A DNA stretch of 62,885 bases, counting the filler, from Stramenopiles sp. TOSAG23-2 (Eukaryota): NCBI GenBank assembly GCA_900128395.1. It is 45 parts of 45 records of this genome, joined end to end, with 100 filler letters (N's around TTAATTAATTAA, not from the genome) between each part and the next. Parts side by side here need not be neighbours in the genome. Positions count along the whole stretch, not along the records: positions 23,894 to 25,194 come from LT653223.1; positions 25,295 to 26,595 come from LT653224.1; positions 26,696 to 27,996 come from LT653225.1; positions 28,097 to 29,396 come from LT653226.1; positions 29,497 to 30,794 come from LT653227.1; positions 30,895 to 32,192 come from LT653228.1; positions 32,293 to 33,590 come from LT653229.1; positions 33,691 to 34,988 come from LT653230.1; 37 more parts are not named here. One strand, written 5' to 3'. A program made the translations under genes and the position numbers. Position 1 is the first letter of the stretch. The number at the start of each line of letters is the position of its first letter. Shown piece by piece: positions 23,928-36,841 of the stretch. Under the pieces are notes generated by a model. The model was not told the DNA's origin, did not search any database, and saw only the letters and a program-made list of their open reading frames with translations.

Positions 23928-25076
23928 ATGGCGAATACAGTAAGAAGAGTATATTTTGGTGCATCAGGTTTATACGTTGCATATAAAATTGCAAATTATT
24001 TTATGGGTAATGGTGGTGATAAAAAAGAAGAAGAAAAAGATCCGGTACAAGAATTTGCAGATAGTATTCAAGGTGCTAGTGCACAAGCTATGTGGTTGAA
24101 TCTTGTTGGTATTGGCGATGAATTGGGTTTGTTTCAAGCTTTTATTGATAAAGGTGCAATGACGTCGGATGAACTCGCTGCTGCAACTGGTATGGATGCA
24201 AGATATGCAAAAGAATGGTGTCTAACCTTAGCTGCATTTAAAACTTTGGATTATGAGGAAGCTACGAATAAATTTTCATGCCCACCACCAGTAAAAACAA
24301 GTGTTGAAAGTGATACAAACCTTTGCTTGGCATCAGCTACTTGCGCTCTTATCTTGCAACGGAACAGATTGAAAAAATGTTTCATGGATGGTACAGGAAT
24401 TGGTTGGGGTGAGCATGATGAATGTTTGTTCAGTGGCACCAGAAGGTTCTTCAGACCATTTTATGAAGGGGCCTTAGTGTCTGTTATTCCAGATGTCATT
24501 AAAAACATTATGGCAAACCCTAACGGTTGTTTGATGGCTGATGTTGGATGTGGGCAAGGTTTATCTTGCCGTGTCTTGAGCAAAGCATTCCCAAATATGA
24601 AAATCAAAGGTTATGATCTTCATCAGCCTTCAATTGACGTGGCAAAAGAATTATCGGAAGGTTTTGACAACATTGAATTTCAATGTCAATCAAGTGAATC
24701 ATTTTACAATCGTACAAAATTCGATGTTGTATGCTTCTTTGATTGTTTTCATGATATGGCAGTTGCTGGCGAAGCTGCTAAACAAGCATACAATATGACT
24801 GGTCCAAATGGAAAAGTTTTCTTAATTGAATTGTTAGCAGCAGAAAACGATTCAGTGTCAGAACAACTTGCATTGCCAACTTGTGGAATGTATGGTTGCT
24901 TCAGTTGCCACGTATGTTTAGCTTGTTCAAAATGCAACAATGGTGATGCTCTTGGTACCTTGTGTCCAACGTCCAAACATCGTGAATTGTTTCAAGCTGC
25001 TGGTTTCAAAACTTGCGAATCGCTTCCATCTCCAGCAAATGGAATGGGCTTCAGAGTTATCGTTGTGGAGAAATAA
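23928..25076 (+). CDS. Class I SAM-dependent methyltransferase with winged-helix N-domain (Rv2258c-like) and N-terminal hydrophobic anchor
   Basis: GDELGLF...TSDELAAATGMDARYAKEW; GIGWGEH; RFFRPFY; ADVGCGQG (motif I); GYDLH; FFDCFHDMA. Confidence 0.88.
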   Translation: MANTVRRVYFGASGLYVAYKIANYFMGNGGDKKEEEKDPVQEFADSIQGASAQAMWLNLVGIGDELGLFQAFIDKGAMTSDELAAATGMDARYAKEWCLTLAAFKTLDYEEATNKFSCPPPVKTSVESDTNLCLASATCALILQRNRLKKCFMDGTGIGWGEHDECLFSGTRRFFRPFYEGALVSVIPDVIKNIMANPNGCLMADVGCGQGLSCRVLSKAFPNMKIKGYDLHQPSIDVAKELSEGFDNIEFQCQSSESFYNRTKFDVVCFFDCFHDMAVAGEAAKQAYNMTGPNGKVFLIELLAAENDSVSEQLALPTCGMYGCFSCHVCLACSKCNNGDALGTLCPTSKHRELFQAAGFKTCESLPSPANGMGFRVIVVEK

Positions 25077-25294
25077 ATATAATCTTCTTGCTCAGTTTAC
25101 TAAAAATAGGAAAAAAGGATCACATAAAATGTATATTTTTTTCTGTTTTTCTCATAATCATACCAAAGGTAGCAATGTTCGGATATTGGGTACGNNNNNN
25201 NNNNNNNNNNNNNNNNNNNNNNNNNNNNNNNNNNNNNNTTAATTAATTAANNNNNNNNNNNNNNNNNNNNNNNNNNNNNNNNNNNNNNNNNNNN

Positions 25295-26595
25295 GCCAGA
25301 ATTGCAAAATTAGAAACAAATGCTATAGAAGATAAGACTGGAAAGCAGAAGAAGTCCGTAGAAGTCGTCTCTAATATAAGTGGGTTGGCGCCAGAAGAAG
25401 TACTTTTGGATGAGAAGACTTGCTTGCCTAAAGAGTCTATGGAAATAACTAAAACGGACGATTTTAAGATGGAAAAACACAAGGCGGCTAACGAAACTAT
25501 ACAAAACTTGACAATTTGTAATATTTTAGGATGTCGTGGAATATTAATAGCATGGCTGATCATTTTCGTTATTGTTATACATTCCATGGCTTTGTATATA
25601 TACACAGTTCAACTAAACAATATGAATCGTGAAGGTATATGGTTATTTTTCTTTTTCTTAATTGTATATTCGCTTTTACTTATATATTTTCTATTGCGAT
25701 GGAAGAAAATTGTCATCGATTGGTTAAAACAGCAGTATCCTTCATCATTTTCTGACGATGAAACTAAAACCAAAAAGTCCAATAATGCCATTTTGAGACT
25801 AGTTGCATTTTCTGATGAATATTTTAGTCTAGAAAAGGGCAAACTTTACCTAATACAAATGTATATATTTGAAATAATGGAAGATTGGGTGCAATTTTAT
25901 AATATGATATATATTCATTTGTGTACGCTTCCATTAGGATGGACAATATTTTTCGCATGTATTTTAATAACAGAATCAACGTATCGCGCAATTTTTATAA
26001 GCAATAAAATATGGTTTTCTGGCAAGAAAGATATCACTGTTATCAATCGAAATACACAAGTTGCTTTAGACATTGCTATTGATATTTTTTTCCTTCTATT
26101 CCCAATATTAATTATAACGTTCAGTTTCGACATCTGGACAACATTAGAAGAAACCACGTGGATGTTATTAACACCATCCATATCCTTGTTTGGAAAGTTA
26201 TACAATATCATGCTAGAGAATATGAATCAACATGCTGAAAAAATGTTGCAGCAAAAACAACTACATATTTCGTTAAAGATTGCACGGAGAAAACATAGCA
26301 TTTTTGAAGTAGAATTTAATGAGTCAGTGGCAAAAATTCAAAATAAATATTTTCCCCGTTGGGCTAAATTCCTTGTCTTCATTTTTAGTTCTATATACAC
26401 AATAGTTGTTTTTATTCTTATTATATCACAAATACTTGCTGTTGCAAACGTAAATCAAAAATGCGACGATTACATTAGCATGTATTATCAATATTGGAAA
26501 GATAGTTGTCTATTAAAGGTTCCACTATGCAAAGATTTGTTTTCACCTAGTTGCAATTGTGCAGTCATTGATATTAAAAATCATAAAGATCGGAA
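25295..26595 (+). CDS. Multi-pass membrane protein with Cys-rich extracellular tail (possibly LRRs follow); partial
   Basis: About 7 hydrophobic helices, then C..KVPLCKDLFSPSCNCAVI. Confidence 0.65.
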
Positions 26596-26858
26596 NNNNN
26601 NNNNNNNNNNNNNNNNNNNNNNNNNNNNNNNNNNNNNNNTTAATTAATTAANNNNNNNNNNNNNNNNNNNNNNNNNNNNNNNNNNNNNNNNNNNNCGTAA
26701 AAATTTTATATATATTAATAAAATTTTACATTCGGTGATGAAATACTAATGCTCAAAATACGTATCATACTAATTTTAACGTGTGGTTTTTTATTTTATT
26801 TAGATAATACTGGTGTGTATTCATACGGCGCGGGTATTTTTTTTCAATATTTAATTGT

Positions 26859-27503
26859 TCAAATATCATGATACAACTTCCCCAAATTCATATTTACATC
26901 CCATCCATATTTAATTTTTGCAATAATAGTAGCAATAGACATTTTATCAGAGAATGTTATCATATCTATATCGTTTGTATTAAATGAAATCTTCAATTCT
27001 ATCTTCGCATTATCCGGTACTATTATAGTTTTAATTTTATTTGTTTCATGATCCAGTACATAATATACATGTTGCTTTCTGTTACGAATCGTATTGTATT
27101 TCTCATTTATGTCAACAAAAGCATATTCCATGTTCTTGTTTAATATAATTTGTCTTAGGTCATGTTTATATTTTAATAAACGATTTCTCCATGTATTTAA
27201 CCATATTTCTTTCCATGTTCCGACACACTGTTCTGCCTTTGCCGTTTGTACCCGGTTTGAAATATAATTATAATTCAATTCCTTCCTCAATTTAAAAATC
27301 GAATTGAAGATACAATTGAATCCATTTATTTCCTTTTCATTTTCCATCTTTGTATTAATTATACCACCATTATTATTTTTCTTGTTATCGTTATACATTA
27401 ATAGGCTTGGGTTTTTGTAAAGTATATTATTTTTATTGAACGCTTCGTCTCTCCAAATATAATAAGTTTCAAATAGTGTCCGGTTAATTGATATTGCATA
27501 CAA
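26859..27503 (-). CDS. Hypothetical protein; 5' partial or chimeric
   Basis: 214-codon ORF; upstream is interrupted by a 55-bp duplication. Confidence 0.45.
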   Translation of the reverse strand: MYAISINRTLFETYYIWRDEAFNKNNILYKNPSLLMYNDNKKNNNGGIINTKMENEKEINGFNCIFNSIFKLRKELNYNYISNRVQTAKAEQCVGTWKEIWLNTWRNRLLKYKHDLRQIILNKNMEYAFVDINEKYNTIRNRKQHVYYVLDHETNKIKTIIVPDNAKIELKISFNTNDIDMITFSDKMSIATIIAKIKYGWDVNMNLGKLYHDI

Positions 27504-27647
27504 ATGTTGTTGTCTATATTGATATATGTAATAATGCGAGAATAAACATTAATAGGCTTGGGTTTTTGTAAAGTATATTATTTTTATTGAACGCTTCGTC
27601 GTGATACCAAAATAAAATATATTTTCCGTTTTCTCGCAGGGTATGAC

Positions 27648-27974
27648 ATGGCTACTGGGTATCCACTACCACAGCCAATAAAAGGTGTGTGGAAAAATCC
27701 AAAAAACGCATTATCGTTCCAACAAGTATTTGGCTACTCAGGTGCTGCTATGGCTACTTTTGTTGTTTCTTACGATAATCTGGTCAAGATGGTTGCCGCA
27801 GCTGGAGTTACAGAGAAAACATTTGCGACAAGTGCAGATGGTGCTCTCGCACAAGCATATGCTGCTGGAATGAAACAAGCTCAATTCCCCCTTGGTGGGG
27901 CTTATACATGTAAAAGAATGGTGGGATTGATTTTACATACACAATGTGGTTTGGGCCTGCACAACGACAAATGA
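27648..27974 (+). CDS. Hypothetical protein or exon
   Basis: GC-richer 108-aa ORF preceded by a polypyrimidine-CAG acceptor-like site. Confidence 0.4.
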   Translation: MATGYPLPQPIKGVWKNPKNALSFQQVFGYSGAAMATFVVSYDNLVKMVAAAGVTEKTFATSADGALAQAYAAGMKQAQFPLGGAYTCKRMVGLILHTQCGLGLHNDK

Positions 27975-29496
27975 CCATAAAAAAAGAAAAAGACGTNNNN
28001 NNNNNNNNNNNNNNNNNNNNNNNNNNNNNNNNNNNNNNNNTTAATTAATTAANNNNNNNNNNNNNNNNNNNNNNNNNNNNNNNNNNNNNNNNNNNNATCT
28101 AATTTAAAATGGTTATTAGCTTGGAGTGTGAGGGGGTTTTAATCTCTCTCTGTGTGTGTGTGTATAGAACTTATTTATATATGAGATTATATTTACGAGT
28201 ATGAGTACATATATATTATATATATATATATATTGATGCATATATATATCTTATATCATAAAATCTTTAAATTATAAATAAGAGAATTTTTTATAAATAT
28301 TACGTATATTAATTCAGAATTTTTAGCATTTGTAAATAATGGGGTATCATAATTAATTATACACCTTTTTTCAAAAATATTTTACGAATTAATTATAAAT
28401 AAATTATGCGTAAACTAAAGAAATTATTTTTTTTATAAAAGAGAAGAGATTAAACTAAATTATTCAATAATACAAGCAGACTCTTCTTTTACTACGACGT
28501 ACTTTTTTACCTTTTAATTTCTTTTATTATATCTCCCTTGCTAGTGACTTCATGTATTGTAAAGCTCTTTGCTGAAGATAATTTTGGTGGATCTAAATTT
28601 GTATTTGGTGCAACGTCATCATGTGTATCTTCCACTATTTCATCGACATAAGATGACATTTCTAATGATGGTGATGATCGCTTTGCTTTGATTTCACGAG
28701 ATCCTTCTTGTCTTTAAAACTGTCCTTTTTCTTCATCGTTGTCGGTATATATTTATATTTATCTGTATATTAATGTTAATATAAATAAATGTATGTATAT
28801 ATATATCGATGTTTGCAAGAATGACGTGTAATGTGATATGTATATATATGTTTGTAGATGTCTATGCATGTAGTTCATGTGATTAATTTATGGATAATAT
28901 GGCTTAGTTCATTCATTTATTCATTCTTTTATAGTAGAATTTAGGTGCATTATTATTTTCATCTTCTCCACTTTAAAAATTTGGATGCAAATTACTATGG
29001 CTTTACCATTATAAACTGTATTTTAATCTTAGTCAAATCTTTGTGGCACGTTTTACAGTACCATGCACCAGGTGTGTACTGAAGCTGAACACGAATCATC
29101 TAATACCACCAGTACATGTACACATTTAATACATGGTCGAAAAACCATGATAGGGCGAATATTCTACGGTCACGCTCAGTTTATGTACAGTACAACGTGC
29201 GAGCGTATTTTCGGCCTTGCACTCTAGAACACCACAAGGTTAATTTAAAAAAATAAGGTTTTGTACTATAGTACTAGTATTAATAAAATTAATTTTTATA
29301 TCTTGTTGCTCTTCTTAATGATGATTATTTTTTATTTTTTGGATTCTTTTTTATTTACTTCGACTCTTTTGATACTCATCAGAAAATCCATTATCANNNN
29401 NNNNNNNNNNNNNNNNNNNNNNNNNNNNNNNNNNNNNNNNTTAATTAATTAANNNNNNNNNNNNNNNNNNNNNNNNNNNNNNNNNNNNNNNNNNNN

Positions 29497-30794
29497 CTTT
29501 GTCTTCACATAAACATGGTCGATACGGATCAACGCATTTCCCCTCGCATTTTGTACCTTTCGTTAGTTGAGGCTGCGGACAATTAGAAGGAGATGGAAAT
29601 GGTTTTATTAATTTGCGTCTCCATCTTTGCCGACCCGTACAAGATTTTTTCTTAGGCTTTTCACCACGTTTCAAACATCTCTTCTTGTCCGTTTTAAGTT
29701 GTCTTGCCATACATGTACCAACTTTTTCCCACGGCCCTAAACACTCAGGACAATCACAACATATTTTCCTACACTTTTTATCTGGACATGGAGGTTTACA
29801 TGATCCATCATCTACAGTTGCTCTAGGATTATAATTACAGTAATCTTTACGCGTACAACCCTTGATTTGACATGGAGGATGTCTACACGATCCATCATCT
29901 ACAGTTGCACTAGGATTATAATTACATGCATCTTTACGCGTACAGCCCTTGATTGGACAGATACATGACACAAATTGTTCTTCTCGCAAAGGTTCCTTGT
30001 CAGAATTTGGACAATTATTTGGAAAAATGCATTTTTTCACTTGTTTTTGTTTCCCGGCCGGACAAACACAATCACCCTCATCCTTCCAGTTTGTTTCTGT
30101 GCAATCTTCTTCAACACATTCAGCGCAACATGGCATTACACGTGTATGTGGAAAGTTATTTGTATCATGCAACGGGCAGTGTTTCATCAGACCTTCCGGT
30201 TCGCTCCATGTAACTTTGAATGTTTGAAACTGTAATCCTTTAAGTTTACCTTGACCTTCACAGTCTGGTAGTTTGATTTCACAATTAATAAATGATTCTT
30301 GGTGTTCTTCGCCACCGTTATCCGGAACAGTACATTCACTATCGTTCTTCCATTCACCACCGCATTCACATCGGTTTTCACATGGTTTCTGTTCTGTCAT
30401 TGAGTGTTCCACACATCTTTTTTGATGTGGTTCACACTTACACTTACGTGTCCTTGTTCTCATCTTGGGGCCTCCAGGACATTCCAACGTTGACTTCTCT
30501 TCTGCACATTGTGGTTGTTCATGATTATGTATTTGTAAAAATGAAGCTTTGGATGTATGATCACCATCAACAATCTCTCCACGATCAGCAACTTTGCATC
30601 CCCCCCATCCACCCCATGCTTCCCATTTGCACTTATCAGGGGGGCAGGGTTCACATTTACAAGGTCTTTTCCTAAATATGTCTTGCTCTTCAACTACACA
30701 TATCTGTTTTTTTTGCCCTTCACATTTACCATCCCTTGTTCTACCACAATTTTCACATTTTATAGGCTGTACATCGCGATAATCTTTGTCTTCA
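29497..30794 (-). CDS. Cys-rich extracellular protein with thrombospondin type-1-like repeats and two GCT..CNYNP.ATVDDGSC motifs; internal fragment
   Basis: WEAWGGWGGC...RTRTRKC, WKNDSEC, WKDEGDC, WEKVGTC...GRQRWRR; frame open across the whole contig. Confidence 0.75.
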
Positions 30795-30894
30795 NNNNNN
30801 NNNNNNNNNNNNNNNNNNNNNNNNNNNNNNNNNNNNNNTTAATTAATTAANNNNNNNNNNNNNNNNNNNNNNNNNNNNNNNNNNNNNNNNNNNN

Positions 30895-32192
30895 TCTTAC
30901 TTTTGATAATAAACGTCGTCTTTGATCATTACCTGTATTTGATGTTTTACTAAGAATATATTCTTTTAATCCTATTTTAGCTAATTCACTTGTACATTTA
31001 AATGTTTTTGTACGATCTTTAGTACCTTTTTTCCAACATTGGGATGGAGATTTTTCTCTTACTTCGTTGTAAAACCAGTTTTCTGGTTTATTCCTTAGGT
31101 GTTTTATTTTTCGGTCGTCCAGAGTATGATTATCCCTATCATCTTTTACATATTTTGTACCTTCCAATATATATTTCCCTATGTTATGTCCAAATTTCGA
31201 AACTGTAGCTACTGCTTTGGATGCTTTGACCGTGTTACTGGCATAAATCTTAAAGAGTCGAAGTCGAATATCTTTTAAAATTCCTCTTTTTGAAGTTATA
31301 TCCTTTTGAAATATATTTACTGCTCTTTGACAAGAATCGTCACATTTTGCTTTTTGCTTCATCTGTATTTTTTTCCATATTTCATCAATCTCAGTTTTTA
31401 ATCTTTCCTTTGCTTTTCTTAATTGACTGTGTCTTCTTTTCGCAAGCATTTTTGATACTTTTTTCCCTTCGTTTGACTTAATAACAAGGTCCATAGTATC
31501 ATACTTAGCATCATGCCTAGCTTTCGATAGTTCAATAATTTTTTCCTCCATAGCTGCCCCTTTTTCTTGAATTGTATTTTTAAGTATGTACTCTTCCTCA
31601 TATAAATTTTCCAATCTCTTTTCCAACTTCCTTAACTTCTTTTTTGACTTGGCAGTTTTTATCTGCTTCTTTGTATTTGCTTGATTAATCCGTAACTTTT
31701 CAAGACTAGGAGCTTCATACAAGTTGCGTAATTCTTTCCGTTTTGCTAGTAGTTTCTCATTTATCGTGATTTCAAGATTAAATTTTTGCAATAGTTCCTC
31801 ATTATTTGCCCATTTTTTTCGTGAAAACTTCAAATTTCCGATCTTTGTTTCTGCATATTTTATTTTTGAATCCAATTTTTTTCGTTTTAAATTAAACTCC
31901 CAGATTTGATCGTTGTTTCCAAACTCATAAAAGTCATCATATTCTCTATCAATCTGCTCTATTTCTGCGTACATTTCGTCTTTCGTTAAAGATGGGTCCG
32001 CCTGAACATCTTTATAAAGACTTTTCAATTTTTCTTGATTATCCAACATTTTCTGATTTTCTAAAATTAGATTTTCATACTGTTTTCTTGTTGCAACATC
32101 AAGGTCTGGATTTTTCTTCAAAAATTCAAGATTTTCAATTTTTTTCTTTGCATATTTGACATTTGCATCAGCCTTTTTGTATTTGAGATCAT
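30895..32192 (-). CDS. Long coiled-coil protein with RRRLL motif at the truncated 3' end; partial
   Basis: K/E-rich heptads; ends ...GNDQRRRLLSKVR at the contig edge. Confidence 0.7.
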
Positions 32193-32292
32193 NNNNNNNN
32201 NNNNNNNNNNNNNNNNNNNNNNNNNNNNNNNNNNNNTTAATTAATTAANNNNNNNNNNNNNNNNNNNNNNNNNNNNNNNNNNNNNNNNNNNN

Positions 32293-33590
32293 CCCCAACG
32301 ATCTAAATAGCGATTCATTTCTGCAACTTTTTCTAATTCTTCGCGAGAACATGAATGATTTGTTTTACATCTTGGTAAAATTAGTAGTGATAGAATGGCT
32401 AGAATGATGGGTGGGTTGTAAAGAAAGCTTAGATATAGGGACCAGCGTACGTAAGCGACGATATTCCTTGCATCGCTACCCTCAATACTCTCTTTGTATT
32501 CTTTTCCCTGTTCTTCAAAAAAAACAAACAGACTAACCAATAGAAATATCAACCCTCCAGCTAAGAGGAACAAAAACAATTGCAATCGTTTCCAAGAATT
32601 CGCCTTTGTTTGCAGTATTATCATTATCCATTTCAGACACTTTTTCTGATTCCCAACAGCCATCATAACAACAGCAATTCTTACACTTGCAATCACGGCA
32701 ACATATTGCACAACCTCTTATGCAACATATTTGGCAACATATTTTGCAGAATTTACAATCTTTGCAATTCTTGTTTGTACTGCATATTGGTTTCCACACA
32801 CAGCAAAACCCGTCTGTACAACGTCTACAACATTTACAATGTTTAAAACACCCTATTATATTATTTTTTTGTTTCAATTGGATTTGGATTTGCTGTTCTT
32901 GTGCTAACACATCATTTTCTGTACATTCTTGGGCAGGTACGTAAGGCCATTTGCAAACATCTATACCATATGCATTATCAACAATGTAAATAGTTGGAAA
33001 AATGATGAAAAATATTGTGTATATGACCATTGGAAATAAACTATACACTACAATAGCACCACAAGCAACGGCAGGATTTTCGTCCCAAAGTCCAATAGAT
33101 CGTTCCGCATCATCATCATAACTGAATGTACAGTCAAACGGTGTCAATATCTGGTTTAAAACTAAAGTGTATATATTTAATATGTATATATGCCAAAATA
33201 CTGCATATATTCGATCGTCGCCTTGTCGTATTTTATCCACCTTATCAAACAGTTCTGGATTTTCCTTCCACTGCCGAGTATATTTATGTCGCAAGCATAT
33301 TCTCCAAAGAAAACATACACATACTAAAAGTATCGGAATCAACATACTCAGATGAATTTTTGTTGCTTTATCCATTTCCAATGCACATTCCGGTGCAGTT
33401 ATCATGTTGGAAATATCAATAGATAAAAATGTGAAAATATTCTTGATTTGGATTTTTATCTCTATCGGAATATGAGGCAACGTAATAGTTGGCATGATAA
33501 TATTAATTATCAATATATGTGTAAGTACTATTCCAATTCGAGCTAAGGAGCCACCTGATTTTTTTTGCTCTTTGGTTGTCATAATGTTAA
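32293..33590 (-). CDS. Multi-pass membrane protein with Cys-rich loop; frameshift near the poly-A tract at about 32520-32535
   Basis: TM helices, PFDCT...WDENPAVAC, CxxC-rich loop; the hydrophobic C-terminus continues in a second frame (ORF 32241..32711). Confidence 0.6.
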
Positions 33591-33690
33591 NNNNNNNNNN
33601 NNNNNNNNNNNNNNNNNNNNNNNNNNNNNNNNNNTTAATTAATTAANNNNNNNNNNNNNNNNNNNNNNNNNNNNNNNNNNNNNNNNNNNN

Positions 33691-34215
33691 ATGTATTTCC
33701 TGAATTCTTCTATAATCATTTGGAAACCGGGCTTTCTTTTTGCTTTTATGTCCATATGGGGCAATCCGGCCAGATCCTCTTGGAAGCCACTCATCCCATT
33801 GACTTCCATGATTTGCATAGTGTATAAAAACGTTGTGTCTATCTACTCCAATTACTTTTGCTGCTAAATATCTATTTTGTTTTGGATGTGTATCAAAAAC
33901 ATCTATTCGATGTCCCTCTTCTAAAAGTTTCCCCGGCATCCATATTTTTGATAAATGGGGCGAAAGCCTATTGCTGGTAGGTCTTAACCATTCATCGTAT
34001 ACACAATCCCAGAAAAAATAATGTACAAGGACACGTTCAATATTACCATGCATATCACAATCCACATCTTTAATTTCACCTTCATACCAAGTGCTTCTCT
34101 CATCTTGTATATCAATAAGGTCATCAATTTTAAATTTTCGAAATGAACGTTTTGTTTTTGGTGGACGATTTTCCGATCCATACCGATTGTTTCGATTGTT
34201 TCGTTTACTTGACAT
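33691..34215 (-). CDS. Tandem MBT/chromo-barrel (Tudor-like) domain protein; 3' partial
   Basis: Two repeats: IDIQDERSTWYEGEI..VLVHYFFWDCVYDEWL..RLSP and IDVFDT..YLAAKV..FIHYANHGSQWDEWL..RIAP. Confidence 0.8.
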
Positions 34216-34323
34216 GTATCAATAAGGTCATCAATTTTAAATTTTCGAAATGAACGTTTTGTTTTTGGTGGACGATTTTCCGATCCATACCGATTGTTTC
34301 GATTGTTTCGTTTACTTGACATG
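34110..34323 (-). repeat. Tandem duplication, 2 x 107 bp, of the gene 5' end
   Basis: MSSKRNN...DDLID is encoded twice, out of frame. Confidence 0.9.
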
Positions 34324-35528
34324 GTGTTTGTACATCTATATACGTTATTATTATTATTTACAGATACACATATATATTATATACAGGAAAATGAAAATGT
34401 ATTGAAATGAATTAGTCGTCTACTATGAAGAAATATATTATTATTTTTTTCTAATAGTTTTTTTTTATTAGTTGTTATGCTCTTACTCTTTGCACCTTTC
34501 CTGGGTTCCTGGGTTGTTTCTTCTTTTCCAACTGGCCAACTTAATCATCTCATCAATGATGTGCTGGTGTTAATGTCCTCGTATACTGTATTATAGTCGA
34601 GTGCCTCGCCGCTTTGGTTGCTTTGCGCTTTGCGTTGTCCATAATATAAATACGTGCATAGTGCCATACTTTAAAGCCCGTTCATAGCCATAGTCCTACG
34701 GCTTAAGGCTGATACACGTTTGCTTAAAAGTTAAAATTTGCCTGCTGTGTCCATAGTAAGATTGAGTGATAATATTGGTGGATCACCGATTATTTGTGTG
34801 ATTGTTGGAAAATCAATGAATTTCCCCATGGACACAGCATGGCTTTCCGGGAATCACGGAAGGATAAATGCAAAAAAATGAAATGAAATAAATGTCTAAT
34901 TTTATCGGAGATTTTACACTCATAAATACACGATAATGATATTCCCCTATTGTTTATTAGCCCTTTTTTACCTTTTTTTTTTCTTTTTNNNNNNNNNNNN
35001 NNNNNNNNNNNNNNNNNNNNNNNNNNNNNNNNTTAATTAATTAANNNNNNNNNNNNNNNNNNNNNNNNNNNNNNNNNNNNNNNNNNNNGTTCACACTCAC
35101 TATTCACACGTTCTTTTTTTGTATTTTTGATATATTTAGATTTGAATTTTTTTTCGATCGGTGCGATCGGTTTGATCTTATACTTACTGTCATTAATGTA
35201 TATACTTTAGAGCCGACAGATACCTATATATATTGAATCAAATTCGGGATTTTTTGATTTTTTTCTGGTGGAAAAAAAATAATAGTAATGCAACTAATAG
35301 GCTTTTGAATTGATTGAATATATAATGCTAATGTATGTGATGAAATAAAATAGTACTAATGTTAATGTTTGTATATAAGAAGAGAGGTTGTTAAATATCA
35401 TACGTATAGTAACTAATCGAAATCGTAACAATTCATATATAGGTATAAGTATAGGTATATATAATAATAAATATTATTTATTTATTTTTGTATTAAATTT
35501 ATTTCGAAAAAGAAGTTGTGGTGTAGGA

Positions 35529-36386
35529 TGAAATCATCACCAATATCACCTACACACCCATCTTCGACAAAATCTGTGAATACATATCAATTACATAGAG
35601 ATTTGCAAAAAGTTGAAGGTTTGGAACGCTTGAAAGAATCAGAAGTACGAACACCTACGTTTAAAATTAAACTTTTGGTTTTTACTGCTTTATTGGAGTT
35701 GAATGACATCACGTCATGTTCAGATTTAATGGCATCAAGGGAAGAGGAGCGACTTAAAGAAAAGCGGGAAGGAAAATCATTAGAGCAAAGACGAATGTCT
35801 GAGCATGCATATAGGCGTATATATTCAAAAATTGTTGCAAAGACTCTTAAACGTATGAAAGGTGAAGATGATAGTGTTTCTCAGGTGCAACAATTAGCAT
35901 TAGATTTATTTGGAAAACAGTCCACTCCAAAACAATGTCATCGTGCAATGAATTTCCTCTTTCGCCATGGTATGCGCCATGTAGAACAAGTAGAAGAGGA
36001 AGAAGATAAAAGAATAGCTGAGCGTAATGAAAGTAAAGTTATGAGTCCAAAGTCTTTAAGAACACCAGGAACAAATAATATTGGTAGTAGTAGAAGTAAT
36101 AATAATAGAAGAATAATCAATAATGATAGAAGGCAAATACAATTGCAACAACAGCAACAATCACAATTTTTCAATAGTAATGTAAATAATAATACAACAA
36201 ATAGAAACAATATGAATCAAAATGATTTATCACAATCATTTATTGGTGATCGTTCAATGGAAATTTTAAACCCAGATGTAGATAATAGTAATAATAATAT
36301 TCAACCACAAATTAATAATAATGATAAACCACCTCAACAACAGGAAATTATACAACAAGATCGTGGATTGTCTTTATTAGATTTTG
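35529..36386 (+). CDS. Hypothetical protein with N/Q-rich low-complexity C-half; 3' partial
   Basis: Long ORF with a helical N-domain. Confidence 0.6.
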
Positions 36387-36841
36387 NNNNNNNNNNNNNN
36401 NNNNNNNNNNNNNNNNNNNNNNNNNNNNNNTTAATTAATTAANNNNNNNNNNNNNNNNNNNNNNNNNNNNNNNNNNNNNNNNNNNNAAATAACCAGTGCT
36501 GTGTAGGCGCATCACTTTTATGGATAATGGACCCGATTAGGCCATCAAAATAAGAAGATCGAAAAATAAGAAGAGAGAGAAGAAGAAGAGAAGAAAAGAT
36601 CATCATCTTAATCCTTAATCTTCTTTCTCTTCTTTTTTTTTTCTAATTGCAATTATATTATTAATTTAGTATACTAAATAAAATAAATAATTTTATATAT
36701 ATATAAAAAAATAATATTTTGATCTTATTATTTAGAATTATGATGACATTGAATTCAATTAAATGAATCAAAAAATGGTATAGGTTTACATCATATTTTT
36801 TACTATATATATGTTTTTGATTTGAATATTGCCATTGTTCA

